Shown here: piece after piece, positions 18,943 through 28,851 of the stretch
Layout of the letters: the number at the start of each line of letters is the position of its first letter
Numbering within the stretch: the first letter of the stretch is position 1
Assembly: GCA_965237725.1 (NCBI GenBank)
Contig: OZ250151.1
Coordinates: forward strand, 3,497,283-3,561,282
DNA: 64,000 nt
From: Candidatus Spongiihabitans sp.
GTDB lineage: Bacteria > Pseudomonadota > Gammaproteobacteria > Arenicellales > Poriferihabitantaceae
Direction: 5' to 3'
Program-made: the position numbers and the translations under genes
Notes under the pieces: model-generated
Seen by the model: the letters and a program-made list of their open reading frames with translations, nothing else
Told to the model about the DNA's origin: nothing
Databases searched by the model: none

Positions 18943-20304
18943 ATGCTCCGGTTTGAGGCCAAAAGTCTTGCCGTAATTTCATTGCCATTAATTGCCGCAT
19001 ACCTTGGGGAGTTTGCAATGTTTGTTACCACTAAATTGGTAGTCGGCCAACTTGGTTATAGGGAGCTGGCCGCGGTAGGGATTGCGGGTGATATATCCTT
19101 TGAAATTCTAATTATTGTAATGGGGCTGCTTTCCATCGTCGGCGTACTGTGCGCCCAGGCTGAAGGCGCAGGGGAAAAGAAAGAGGCGGGGCTGGCGGTA
19201 CGCCAGGGAATGATTGTGTCGGTTATTCTCGGCATTCCTTGCATGGCATTAATCTGGAACCTGGATATCATCCTAGGGTTCACCGGGCAGGATCCGGTCG
19301 TTTTATCTCTAGTCAAACCATACGCTCACTATTTTTCCAGTGCAGTTTTGCCGATTCTATTTTTTGCGGTGTTGAGAAATTTCGTTTCAGCCCTGGCTAA
19401 ACCGATGATGGTCATGGTGATTAGTGTCATCGCGGTGTTCGTGAATTATGTTTTTACGGTGTGGTTTGTATTCGGCGGCATGGGTGTTCCAGCCATGGGT
19501 ATCGCTGGTGCCGGACTGGCGACCAATTTGGTTTCGTGGTTAATGTTTTTCGGTTTGTTGCACTACGTCTACTCAACCTCATCACTGCGAGGCTATGGCG
19601 TTTTTGCAGAACGTTGGCGATTCGATCCAGTGTTGTGCGGGAAAATTGTCCGGCTGGGAATCCCCGTAGCGGGGCTGGTTTTTCTCGAAGCGGGTATGTT
19701 TGTCGCAGCCTCTATTTTGTCAGGTATTGTCAGTGCTGAAACCTTGGCTGCCTATGAAGTGGTTACCGCTTGGGTTGGTATTCCTTTTGTTATCGCAATG
19801 GGTATAGCTGAGGCTACCATGGTACGGGTGGCTCATGGAATCGGTGGCAAGAATTTTCTCGCCGCGCGCCATGCCGGAATACTCGGTATGTGCATTGGTA
19901 CTGCTATACTGGTTTTGCTGATCATCGTGCCCCTTGGCTTTGCCAGTTATATCATTGACGCTTTCATCAATCCTGAGGATCCGGGTTTTGCAATCGTATC
20001 TTTGCTCGCAGTAGAAATTTTTACTATTGTTGTAGTTTTTCAGGTTTTCGACGGCTTGCAGGCGATCGCCGCCCGGGCGCTACGGGGTATGCACGACAAT
20101 GTAATTCCATTATGGATTGCCAGTTTTGGATACTGGTTCCTGGGGATCGGCGGTGGATCTTTGCTGGCATTCAAGTTTGATCTAGGCGGTGCTGGGCTCT
20201 GGTGGGGACTGGCATTAGGTGTAACCGCCACCGGATCTTTACTGTCGGGGCGATTTATGCAGGTATCTGGGCGAATGGTTAAGAGATCATTAGAAAATGG
20301 GTAG
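18943..20304 (+). CDS. MATE-family efflux transporter
   Basis: 453 aa with 12 TM segments. The conserved pattern is that of NorM-type MATE proteins. Confidence 0.75.
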   Translation: MLRFEAKSLAVISLPLIAAYLGEFAMFVTTKLVVGQLGYRELAAVGIAGDISFEILIIVMGLLSIVGVLCAQAEGAGEKKEAGLAVRQGMIVSVILGIPCMALIWNLDIILGFTGQDPVVLSLVKPYAHYFSSAVLPILFFAVLRNFVSALAKPMMVMVISVIAVFVNYVFTVWFVFGGMGVPAMGIAGAGLATNLVSWLMFFGLLHYVYSTSSLRGYGVFAERWRFDPVLCGKIVRLGIPVAGLVFLEAGMFVAASILSGIVSAETLAAYEVVTAWVGIPFVIAMGIAEATMVRVAHGIGGKNFLAARHAGILGMCIGTAILVLLIIVPLGFASYIIDAFINPEDPGFAIVSLLAVEIFTIVVVFQVFDGLQAIAARALRGMHDNVIPLWIASFGYWFLGIGGGSLLAFKFDLGGAGLWWGLALGVTATGSLLSGRFMQVSGRMVKRSLENG

Positions 20305-21163
20305 CAACCTTCGTGGAATTGTATTCATTTTGATTTCTGGAATCTTCCTGTCATTGAACGATGCCATCTCAAAATCACTGGTCGCACATTACCCGGCGGG
20401 ACAGATACTTTTTGTCAGTGGTACAACCGTGGCAATTCTTACCTGGGCTATTTTACGATTTCATATCGGTACCGGCGTTGTAATTAATAACTGGCCATGG
20501 CATGTCAGTCGGGGGTTGTTGTTTGCTATTGCATCCTATGCCTTTGTGGTTTCTCTCAAATTTTTGCCATTGGCCGAAGTGGTTTGTATTGCCTTTGCCG
20601 GGCCGTTGATTATGACTGTGCTTGGGAAATTTTATTTAAAAGAGCAGGTTGGAATTTATCGCATGTCTGCGGTTCTACTCGGGTTTGTTGGGGTGGTCAT
20701 CATAATAGAACCCGGCAGCATTAATTTTCAGTGGATTTTGCTGTTGCCATTAGTTGTTGCGCTGGGCGATGCGGCACGGGATGTCTTAACCCGTAAAATG
20801 GCACCGACGGAATCAACTTTATCTATTGTATTTAGCACTTCATTGGTGCTTGCCCTGGTTATGTCTTTAACCCTGTTTGGTGAATGGAATGTAATTGAAT
20901 TGAAACATGGGTTTCGTTTTGGGTTAAGTGCGGTCATGACGGTGGCGTCCTATATATTTATGGTAGAAGCCTACCGCCATTCTCCAACAGTGGTGATTGC
21001 ACCATTTCGGTATTTTCAGATTATCTGGGGCATCCTCGCAGGATTATTAATTTGGGGGGAAGTGCCCAAAACCACAATCTATATCGGACTGATTTTTACC
21101 GTGGGTTCGGGCATTTTTATTGCCATTAGAGAGGCCAGGGTTAAATCTGAAGCCAGTAGTTAA
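20297..21163 (+). CDS. EamA/DMT-family transporter
   Basis: 288 aa with 10 TM segments and a duplicated EamA-type organisation. Confidence 0.75.
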   Translation: MGSNLRGIVFILISGIFLSLNDAISKSLVAHYPAGQILFVSGTTVAILTWAILRFHIGTGVVINNWPWHVSRGLLFAIASYAFVVSLKFLPLAEVVCIAFAGPLIMTVLGKFYLKEQVGIYRMSAVLLGFVGVVIIIEPGSINFQWILLLPLVVALGDAARDVLTRKMAPTESTLSIVFSTSLVLALVMSLTLFGEWNVIELKHGFRFGLSAVMTVASYIFMVEAYRHSPTVVIAPFRYFQIIWGILAGLLIWGEVPKTTIYIGLIFTVGSGIFIAIREARVKSEASS

Positions 21164-21369
21164 TCTATATCGACTTCAACTTTTCCACCCATGGCGATAT
21201 CTGCGCATCGGCTGCCCCGTTCATTACAGATGACAACTTTCAGCGGTTGATTGGCAATGAAGACGGATTCCTGGGCAATAGCATTTTCAAGTGATTGTTG
21301 TGAACCTATCCAGATCAGGCTAACTGCTATTACGGTCAGTATAAAACGGGTGTAAAGATCGATTTTCAT
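21160..21369 (-). CDS. small secreted hypothetical protein
   Basis: 69 aa with an N-terminal hydrophobic signal-like segment and two Cys. Coding status is unproven. Confidence 0.3.
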   Translation of the reverse strand: MKIDLYTRFILTVIAVSLIWIGSQQSLENAIAQESVFIANQPLKVVICNERGSRCADIAMGGKVEVDID

Positions 21370-21530
21370 TTTGGATCCCCTGTGGTGTTGTGATGAATAT
21401 AAGGGTGGAAAGTATCACATCTTGTTGAAGGACCTTACTTATTATTAAACATGGATTCCGGATATCCTTGCAGGATTCCGGAATGACGGTGGGTGGGTTC
21501 CGAAATGACGACGAGTGGTTTAGTAGTAGT

Positions 21531-21830
21531 CTAAGCTTTTAAAACCCCATCAATAATCTCACCGTAGGAATCAGTATCAAATGCCGGCAGGACCAAGGGG
21601 TCTACATACCCATCTCTTCTCGCCGTTAATACATATTCCATCATCGCCTCATTGTCAGGCATCTCAAAAATCTGGATAAAGTCATATTGTCCCATGGTGG
21701 CATAAAATGAAATCGATTTACCGCCCAACGCAACGACCCTTTTCTCGCTGAGTTTTCTGCGTGTGGCGCTGTCTTCCAGGGCATTGAGGCCCTTGGCAGT
21801 CAATTTCATTAAAGATATATAGCGTTGCAT
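21531..21830 (-). CDS. GYD-domain protein
   Basis: 99 aa. RYISLMKLTAKG at the N-terminus and the MGQYDFI (GxYD) motif are both present. Confidence 0.75.
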   Translation of the reverse strand: MQRYISLMKLTAKGLNALEDSATRRKLSEKRVVALGGKSISFYATMGQYDFIQIFEMPDNEAMMEYVLTARRDGYVDPLVLPAFDTDSYGEIIDGVLKA

Positions 21831-21845
21831 AATAGATTTTGCAAA

Positions 21846-22508
21846 TTAAATTAATTTTCTCAAGCCAGCGACAACGTTATCCGTATTCGAAACCGTTCCG
21901 AAAATACCATCTTCTATTAATACCATTTTTATTGCAGCTTCATGGGCCCATTGCTCACCACTGGCGCAGGCATCCTCAATAGTCAGGCACAGAAAGTTCC
22001 GGTCGCAAGCTTCGCGTAACGTCGTATGTACGCATACGTCGGTTGTACAGCCGGTAAATAATAAATGGGTAATGCCCTGGGATCGCAGAACATGTTCCAG
22101 TTCGGTAGCGGTAAAAGAACCATTGCAGGTTTTATCAACGACTATATCTGTAGGTTCAACATCAATTTCAGGATCGGTTTCGAATCCCGGGCTGGATCTT
22201 AAAAGTACCGTCGTGCCTTCCAGTCCCGAACGTTTTCTGCGCCACTTTTCATAAGGCGTCATGTCTGCCATATCACCACGATAGCCTTGGCGGGTATGAA
22301 TTATCAAACAACCCGCCTGACGCGCAGTTGCAATGACTTTATTGACATTGGGAATAATTGCCCGTAACGGTGATGGGTCGTAGCCCATTTTCGCGAAATA
22401 ACCGTGCTCGGATAAAAAATCAACCTGCAGGTCGATGACCAGCAATGCGGTATTTGATGGAACTAATTTTCCGTCGTAAGGATAGTCAAATGGCTGGGCT
22501 TTGATCAT
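21846..22508 (-). CDS. isochorismatase-family cysteine hydrolase
   Basis: ALLVIDLQVDF and GCTTDVCVHTTLREA (catalytic Cys). Confidence 0.85.
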   Translation of the reverse strand: MIKAQPFDYPYDGKLVPSNTALLVIDLQVDFLSEHGYFAKMGYDPSPLRAIIPNVNKVIATARQAGCLIIHTRQGYRGDMADMTPYEKWRRKRSGLEGTTVLLRSSPGFETDPEIDVEPTDIVVDKTCNGSFTATELEHVLRSQGITHLLFTGCTTDVCVHTTLREACDRNFLCLTIEDACASGEQWAHEAAIKMVLIEDGIFGTVSNTDNVVAGLRKLI

Positions 22509-22586
22509 GGTTAACTACGAAGCTCTTTGTGTGAAAAGTTATTATTTAAGTATGCAATTAGAAATTATGCTAGCACAAACATTTTA

Positions 22587-24023
22587 TCATTTCTTCGTAT
22601 CAATAAATTTTCGACGCAACCAGATTTCCAATGCCCGAGTGGCGCGAACATCATCATAGTTGTAATCCAAAATGGCAATCTTTATTTGCCCTCTTTGGGA
22701 ATCTCTCGCTTCATCCAAAAACTCATTAAACTGAACTACTGACCATAACGATCCCGATTCGCTGTCCTGCCAGTGAAAATTAACCAGATCTTTGTGCTTG
22801 CAAATGTCTTTCAGACCATATCCATCCAGGGGTAGAACCAGGTTTGCCCTGATGGGTTCAAGCAAATCGAACAGCGGACTGTTGTCTCCAAGCAAATGTT
22901 CAACAGTAGGGTGGTTTTCCATTTCATAACGCACCGCGTATTGTTTGATTGTTGTTACTTCGTGGTTTGAATAATGGGCGAGGACTAAATCTGAAAAATC
23001 TTTTCGATATTCTTCAATCAGTTCGAGGAATTTTATCCACCCCTCATAATCCTGTTCTTCAGAATCAGTCCAGATAGATTGATAATCCAGTTCGCTGTAA
23101 TCGGGATTTAGAAAGCCCCATAGATAGACGTGTTTTTCACCACTCGGAGTTAGCGGGTTGTCTTCGATATCAAAATGAATCCAGGTTCCATCTGGCAAGG
23201 TAAAATCATTCAGCTTAAAAACTTCTCCATCCAAAATGGATTTTGCCTGGTGCACTGCCCGGGTTTTCCTCTCAATACTTTTTAAATATTTTATTTCCGG
23301 CATTGCCTCGGGTTTTGTTCTGGATAGCTCGGTGATGGTATGTATGTTTGCATCTTTTTCCAGGGACTCAGCAGCACGACCTTCTACGCCATATAGCAAT
23401 GATGTGTCCTGTTTTTTCTCAAAACCTGGTCGACAATGCAGGTAATAGGGGCAGGCACGACATTTGCTATGGCTATAGCGCACTTTGGGTTCAAATTTTT
23501 CTGAAAGTATTTTTCTCATGTCGTCTACGAAGCCATCAACAATATTGTCAGCATTTTCGTCTATCAGAGCCTGGCTACGGTCGCCGCGGAAAACAATTGC
23601 AGGTAAATCATTTCCAAGCATTCGACGATAGAGTCCCAGCTGTGCCTGAATTTCCTTTTTGTTTTCATTTAGTGCCAGTTTTGCATCCGCTGCCTGATAC
23701 TTCCCAGACCCATTCCGGATCAGGAAATCCGGATTACCGATGATTTTATTTTTTGAATCGCGAAGATGTCCCTGATAAATAACGTCAACACCGGAATCCA
23801 TCAAGGCTTTGGTTTTTGATACGGATTGTCCGTTTACAACAGTGAAAGATTTTTCAAGCTCTGCCAGAATCTCTTTTTCATGGGCGAGTCCCATTTCGAT
23901 AATTAACTGCTCGAATGGATCATCGCTTTCGATCCAGACCCCGGGCTGGTTGTCCAGCCAGACCCGGCGGTGGCACAGGGCCCAGGCTTTTGCATCAGAT
24001 GGTTTTATAAATTTAGAGTTCAT
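22587..24023 (-). CDS. RecB/Cas4-like PD-(D/E)XK nuclease fused to an RNase H-fold exonuclease-like domain (TM0106-type)
   Basis: The N-terminal half has GNPDF...AADAKL (D...D-x-K) plus Cys ligands (ALCHRR early and CRACPYYLHC). The C-terminal half has FDIED, HYSNHE and YNYDD acidic motifs. Confidence 0.6.
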   Translation of the reverse strand: MNSKFIKPSDAKAWALCHRRVWLDNQPGVWIESDDPFEQLIIEMGLAHEKEILAELEKSFTVVNGQSVSKTKALMDSGVDVIYQGHLRDSKNKIIGNPDFLIRNGSGKYQAADAKLALNENKKEIQAQLGLYRRMLGNDLPAIVFRGDRSQALIDENADNIVDGFVDDMRKILSEKFEPKVRYSHSKCRACPYYLHCRPGFEKKQDTSLLYGVEGRAAESLEKDANIHTITELSRTKPEAMPEIKYLKSIERKTRAVHQAKSILDGEVFKLNDFTLPDGTWIHFDIEDNPLTPSGEKHVYLWGFLNPDYSELDYQSIWTDSEEQDYEGWIKFLELIEEYRKDFSDLVLAHYSNHEVTTIKQYAVRYEMENHPTVEHLLGDNSPLFDLLEPIRANLVLPLDGYGLKDICKHKDLVNFHWQDSESGSLWSVVQFNEFLDEARDSQRGQIKIAILDYNYDDVRATRALEIWLRRKFIDTKK

Positions 24024-24127
24024 TCCATAAAGCGTATCACAATGAATCGATCTTACTTCTTGCTGTCAACCCAATCCGGAATAATATAGTATTCAAATTT
24101 CTTAATCCTTTTAACAGAATATCAGCT

Positions 24128-24769
24128 ATGTCTTACCAATTATTCTATTCAGAAAAAAGTGCAGCCATGGGTATACGGGTGATGCTCGAAGAAATGAATC
24201 AATCATACGAGTTAATCGATACCAGTATTACTATGGACGTGCCACGGGATCCGAAGGTGCTTGCTTTAAACCCCAATGGCTGGATTCCAGTTCTCATCTG
24301 GGAGGCAGGTGCAATTTACGAATGTGGTGCGATCACTACTTTTTTATGCGATCGACACTCAGATTCAAACCTGATACCGGGTATAGATCACCCGGATCGA
24401 GGGCTATTTCTGCAATGGATTTTCTTTTTCTCAAGTTCCATACAGAATGCCTACCAGATGACCTATTATCCTTTTCGATTCTGCGACGGTGAAGAAGACG
24501 AAGCCAGCGTGAAACGCCGATCTATAACAAGATTGTCCGAATTATGGCAGGTGATAGATGATGCCATAGGTGACAATGACTGGCTGGTGGGAAATCGATT
24601 TAGCGCGGCAGATATTTACTTGTTTATGTTAACAACCTGGATCGGGACAAATCTAGGGCATCCGTCCATAAGTTCATTCTCCAATGTTTATCGGGTAGCC
24701 AATGGGGTTATGCAGCGTCCATCGGTACAACTGGTTTATAAAAACTGGATCAAGAACCCAGAGGCATAA
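24128..24769 (+). CDS. glutathione S-transferase
   Basis: LNPNGWIPVL and ECGAITTFL in the N-domain, with an alpha-helical C-domain containing FSAADIYLF. Confidence 0.75.
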   Translation: MSYQLFYSEKSAAMGIRVMLEEMNQSYELIDTSITMDVPRDPKVLALNPNGWIPVLIWEAGAIYECGAITTFLCDRHSDSNLIPGIDHPDRGLFLQWIFFFSSSIQNAYQMTYYPFRFCDGEEDEASVKRRSITRLSELWQVIDDAIGDNDWLVGNRFSAADIYLFMLTTWIGTNLGHPSISSFSNVYRVANGVMQRPSVQLVYKNWIKNPEA

Positions 24770-25027
24770 GCTGAGGGTCCAAACCAATCGATGATCGGGT
24801 TGTTTACTTCGTAAATTTAGGAAATCCCTTATATGTTCATATAAATCAATGGTATATCTATGTTATTTCGCCTTGTTTCATGATTAAAGATAGTTGTATA
24901 ACGTGAATTTGAATTGACTCCAAAACATATATAGATTACTTTATATGTTTTACAGGCCCAACAGCCTCCAATAGCCGAGTTCTCTAGTCATCACGGTTAA
25001 TTCTCTAAACCCGCCAGGAGCGTTGAA

Positions 25028-26407
25028 ATGCAATATTACAACTCAATCATTGAAACCGTCGGAAACACCCCGCTAGTCAAACTAAATTCTGTTGTAGATG
25101 GGATAAAGGGCACCGTTCTGGCAAAGGTTGAATATTTCAATCCGGGTAATTCCATGAAGGACCGCATGGCAATAAAGATGATTGAGGACGCTGAGGCTCG
25201 GGGTGATTTGAAACCCGGCGGCACAATTATCGAAGGGACTTCGGGAAATACCGGTATGGGACTGGCATTGGGGGCAATCGCAAAGGGGTATAAATGCATA
25301 TTCACCCTGGCGGATAAACAATCCCAGGAAAAGATCGATATTCTAAGAGCGGTGGGTGCTGAAGTTTTTGTTTGTCCTACCAGCGTCGCTCCGGAAGATC
25401 CACGATCCTATTATTCCGTAGCCCAAAGGAAAAACGAAGAAATCGAAAATTCCTATTATCCAAACCAGTATGACAATCTTTCAAATACCGAGGCACATTA
25501 TGAAACCACGGGTCCGGAGATATGGCAACAAACCGAGGGTAAGGTCACCCATTATGCAGCGGGGGTTGGAACCGGTGGTTCGATGTGCGGCGTGTCCCGA
25601 TATCTGAAGGAACAAAACCCGGATATCGTAACTGTGGGTATTGATACCTATGGTTCAGTTTTTAAGAAATACAAAGAAACAGGCCAGTTCGATGAGAATG
25701 AAATTTACCCTTACTTGACCGAAGGCATTGGTGAAGACATTTTGCCGGCCAACGTTGATTTTTCCCTGATCGACCATTTTATTAAGTGTACCGATAAGGA
25801 TGCTGCGGTAATGACCCGTCGACTCTCCAGAGAAGAGGGATTATTTGTGGGCTGGTCCTGTGGCTCAGCAGTTTGGGGCGCGCTCGAATGGGCCAGGGAT
25901 AAATTAAAAGATGATGATGTTATGGTTATTATATTGCCAGACCACGGTACTCGATATCTGGGCAAGGTATACAACGATAACTGGATGAAAGACCACGGCT
26001 TTCTGGAAGAGCGGGACTATGCTTCTGCAACCAGTATTATCGCCAAGCAAAGTGGAGCAGATGCGTTGACAACCATTGACAGAAAAGCCACAGTATCTGA
26101 TGCGATTAAACTCATGTCGGAGCTTAGTATTTCTCAGCTGCCTGTAGTTGATGATAAAAATGAATTTGTCGGCCGTCTTTCTGATTCGAAATTACTTTCT
26201 CAGTTAATCGAAGATCCATCAACCAATAACAAGGCAGTCGAAGAAGTTATGGAAAGTCCATTTCAGTTTGTACCAGCGAACAGCACACTGGACGTATTGT
26301 CTTCGATGATTACTCGAGACAATCCGGCGGTAATGGTGCGCGACGCTGATAATAATCCACGTATTATTACTCAGCAGGATTTACTCGAATCAATCGCTGT
26401 TCGGTAG
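25028..26407 (+). CDS. cystathionine beta-synthase (PLP fold-II domain plus C-terminal CBS pair)
   Basis: PLP-lysine motif NSMKDR, GTSGNTG, and GVGTGGS. The C-terminal region has two CBS repeats. Confidence 0.85.
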   Translation: MQYYNSIIETVGNTPLVKLNSVVDGIKGTVLAKVEYFNPGNSMKDRMAIKMIEDAEARGDLKPGGTIIEGTSGNTGMGLALGAIAKGYKCIFTLADKQSQEKIDILRAVGAEVFVCPTSVAPEDPRSYYSVAQRKNEEIENSYYPNQYDNLSNTEAHYETTGPEIWQQTEGKVTHYAAGVGTGGSMCGVSRYLKEQNPDIVTVGIDTYGSVFKKYKETGQFDENEIYPYLTEGIGEDILPANVDFSLIDHFIKCTDKDAAVMTRRLSREEGLFVGWSCGSAVWGALEWARDKLKDDDVMVIILPDHGTRYLGKVYNDNWMKDHGFLEERDYASATSIIAKQSGADALTTIDRKATVSDAIKLMSELSISQLPVVDDKNEFVGRLSDSKLLSQLIEDPSTNNKAVEEVMESPFQFVPANSTLDVLSSMITRDNPAVMVRDADNNPRIITQQDLLESIAVR

Positions 26408-26451
26408 GGTTGCCAAAATTTATCCTTTCAGTTTCATTGATCGTCGTCGAT

Positions 26452-26790
26452 TTATTTGCTGTAGTGTTTATTAATAGTTTCTATAAAAGGTATGAGCAAC
26501 GGTTGTTCGTTATATAAAGAACAGTAAGATTCATAATCCTTTACCGCTTCATTTTTATTGACGTAATAGTTTGTTGCCAGTCGGTATCGTAAATCTGTCA
26601 ATGACAATTTTCGGCCTTCACTCCACAACTCATTGTGTAATTCTGTTGCCTTTTGACCGCTGACCAATGGTGTAAGCCCATGCCCCATGGTATAGCAGGC
26701 CGCCTTGAGCGCAAGCCTGGTGAAATACCAGTTATTTTTGAAATGCTGCCAATAGGTTTGGCCATGACTTGCCAGATGTTTTTTAATCAT
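26452..26790 (-). CDS. hypothetical protein
   Basis: 112-aa ORF. I do not recognise the family with confidence. Confidence 0.4.
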   Translation of the reverse strand: MIKKHLASHGQTYWQHFKNNWYFTRLALKAACYTMGHGLTPLVSGQKATELHNELWSEGRKLSLTDLRYRLATNYYVNKNEAVKDYESYCSLYNEQPLLIPFIETINKHYSK

Positions 26791-26842
26791 TTGTTATCTC
26801 AATCGATTACAACAGTTAATCTTGTGACCTTTGTCAGAACGG

Positions 26843-27142
26843 CTAAATTTGTTTTTGACCATCCATAAATACGCGGGTCCATTCGAAAATCTCTATCGAT
26901 TTTCTTAATCCCGTAGGCCAGAAGGGGTCTTCTTCAACCAATTGTTGAATCTGAGACGAATCCTCAGCTTCTACAAACCATATTCCTCCTGCAGGTTCAT
27001 CAGTTTTTGTGTTCTTTATTGGACCTGCCATATGGATCGAATTTGCATTTTTAGTCAGGAATTCCAGATGATTTGCCATAAATTTTACTCTTTGCGCACT
27101 ACAGGCTTCGTTATCTTCAAATCGAACGATATAAAATGACAT
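26843..27142 (-). CDS. YciI-family protein
   Basis: About 99 aa starting MSFYIVRFED, with a DPFW-type C-terminal motif (EEDPFWPTGL). Confidence 0.6.
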   Translation of the reverse strand: MSFYIVRFEDNEACSAQRVKFMANHLEFLTKNANSIHMAGPIKNTKTDEPAGGIWFVEAEDSSQIQQLVEEDPFWPTGLRKSIEIFEWTRVFMDGQKQI

Positions 27143-27234
27143 CAGTATCTCCAAGAAATTATTTTAATGGTAATTATTCTAAACCTGCATTAATCTAAGT
27201 AACATACAAAAAAGTGCAAAGTAACGTGGCAAAA

Positions 27235-28089
27235 ATGCAGGAATTGAATTGGAGTAGCCTCAAATATGTATTGGCAGTGGCGAGGTCAAAATCACTCGCT
27301 GAAGCAGCGCGCAAACTGACTGTCAATGAGACCACCGTCTCTCGCCGAATTGCTCAAATTGAAAAGCAACTCAACGCCAGGGTATTTGAACGTCTCCGTG
27401 GGGTTCTGGTCCCAACCGTCACCGGCGAAGCTGTTATCCAAAGTGCAGAACGAATTGAGAATGAAACCCAACATCTGCTCAACACGGTTTCAGGCGCGGA
27501 TCAACTGGTTGCTGGAAAGGTACGATTAACTGCCGTTCCCATTATGTTGAACCACGTACTTGTTCCACGATTACCTATGTTAGTAGACCATCACCCGGAA
27601 TTGCAGGTAGAAATGGTTGCAGATTCGCGTGATCTGAGCTTGATCAACCGACAGGCGGACATTGCGGTTAGGTTGGCCAGGCCGACAAAGGAAAACCGAG
27701 CCCTTGCCAGAAGAGTGGGCCAATTTGACTACGCGCCATACGTTCGGTCGGATCAACTAGAGCATAGATCGAACTGGATTACCTTTGAAGATAGTATGAA
27801 TTATTTGCCTCAGTCACAATGGATCACGAACCACACAAAACGCAGCGATCAAAATTCGGCTCTGATTAGAGTAAACGATGGTGAAACCATTCTCGCCTGC
27901 GTGAAGGCAGGCCTTGGGAAATCTCTTTTACCTACGGTGATTGGTGACGCGGATTCCGAGCTTGAGCGTTTGGGCGTCGGTATAGCTTTATCTCGGGAAG
28001 TTTGGCTTATGTCACATCCTGATTTACGACAGTTGGCACGAATAAAGCAAGTCATCAATTGGGTGGAAACCGTAATTAACGAGATGTAA
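27235..28089 (+). CDS. LysR-family transcriptional regulator
   Basis: N-terminal wHTH LKYVLAVARSKSLAEAARKLTVNETTVSRRIAQIE. It is divergent from the YciI-like gene. Confidence 0.85.
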   Translation: MQELNWSSLKYVLAVARSKSLAEAARKLTVNETTVSRRIAQIEKQLNARVFERLRGVLVPTVTGEAVIQSAERIENETQHLLNTVSGADQLVAGKVRLTAVPIMLNHVLVPRLPMLVDHHPELQVEMVADSRDLSLINRQADIAVRLARPTKENRALARRVGQFDYAPYVRSDQLEHRSNWITFEDSMNYLPQSQWITNHTKRSDQNSALIRVNDGETILACVKAGLGKSLLPTVIGDADSELERLGVGIALSREVWLMSHPDLRQLARIKQVINWVETVINEM

Positions 28090-28167
28090 GCTCTGGGTTA
28101 TTGCTGTGGCTCGATTGCGCTACTTGTTTTTAAATTAATTTGATCGTTTGATATTTTGAGTATTGTT

Positions 28168-28734
28168 ATGTCTGCAAATACCGTGGAAGAGAACAAAAAA
28201 CGGCATGTATTCTCGGAAAGTGAACAAATCTGGTTGTTCGGATATGGGTCATTGATATTCAAGGCAGATTTCCAATATCTTGAAAGACGCCCTGCAACAC
28301 TTCAAGGATGGGAGCGTCGATTCTGGCAAGGTTCCCACGATCATCGTGGTACCGAGGAATTTCCGGGAAGAGTGGTTACGCTTATAGCAAGAGATGATTC
28401 AGTTTGCCACGGCATGGCCTATCGGATTACCAAAGATAATCTGGAACATCTGGATTATCGTGAAAAGAATGGGTACTTACGATTCTTCACAAATCTTTGT
28501 TTCGATGATCAATCCACCGTTGACGGGCTGGCTTATATCGCCAGGGAAAATAATAGCGCATTTCTGGGACCGCTTCCAGAAGCGGATATTGCGCGCCAAA
28601 TTTATTCTGCAAAAGGACCTAGTGGCACCAATGGTGATTATCTGCTGAAACTGGCGGATGCATTAAGAAATTTAAATGCCAGTGATGAACATGTATTTAG
28701 CGTAGAGCAGCATTATCATAATCTCATCGGTTAA
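28168..28734 (+). CDS. chaC: ChaC-family gamma-glutamylcyclotransferase (glutathione-specific)
   Basis: FGYGSLIF and RRFWQGSHDHRGTEEFPGRVVTL motifs. Confidence 0.8.
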   Translation: MSANTVEENKKRHVFSESEQIWLFGYGSLIFKADFQYLERRPATLQGWERRFWQGSHDHRGTEEFPGRVVTLIARDDSVCHGMAYRITKDNLEHLDYREKNGYLRFFTNLCFDDQSTVDGLAYIARENNSAFLGPLPEADIARQIYSAKGPSGTNGDYLLKLADALRNLNASDEHVFSVEQHYHNLIG

Positions 28735-28851
28735 TCATTATTACAGAAAATGGTTTCTGCTGATAAATATTGTGCTCGGGTATGATCTATACTCAGCGAA
28801 ATTATTCTTACGAGAAATATTCTTTAAATTGGTTCCAATTTAATATCGATA

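Noticed and set aside
22175-22188. ggtttcgaatccc, resembling a tRNA T-arm
   Set aside because: It lies inside the isochorismatase-family CDS, and I could not fold a flanking acceptor, D-arm or anticodon arm. No tRNA was found anywhere in the window.
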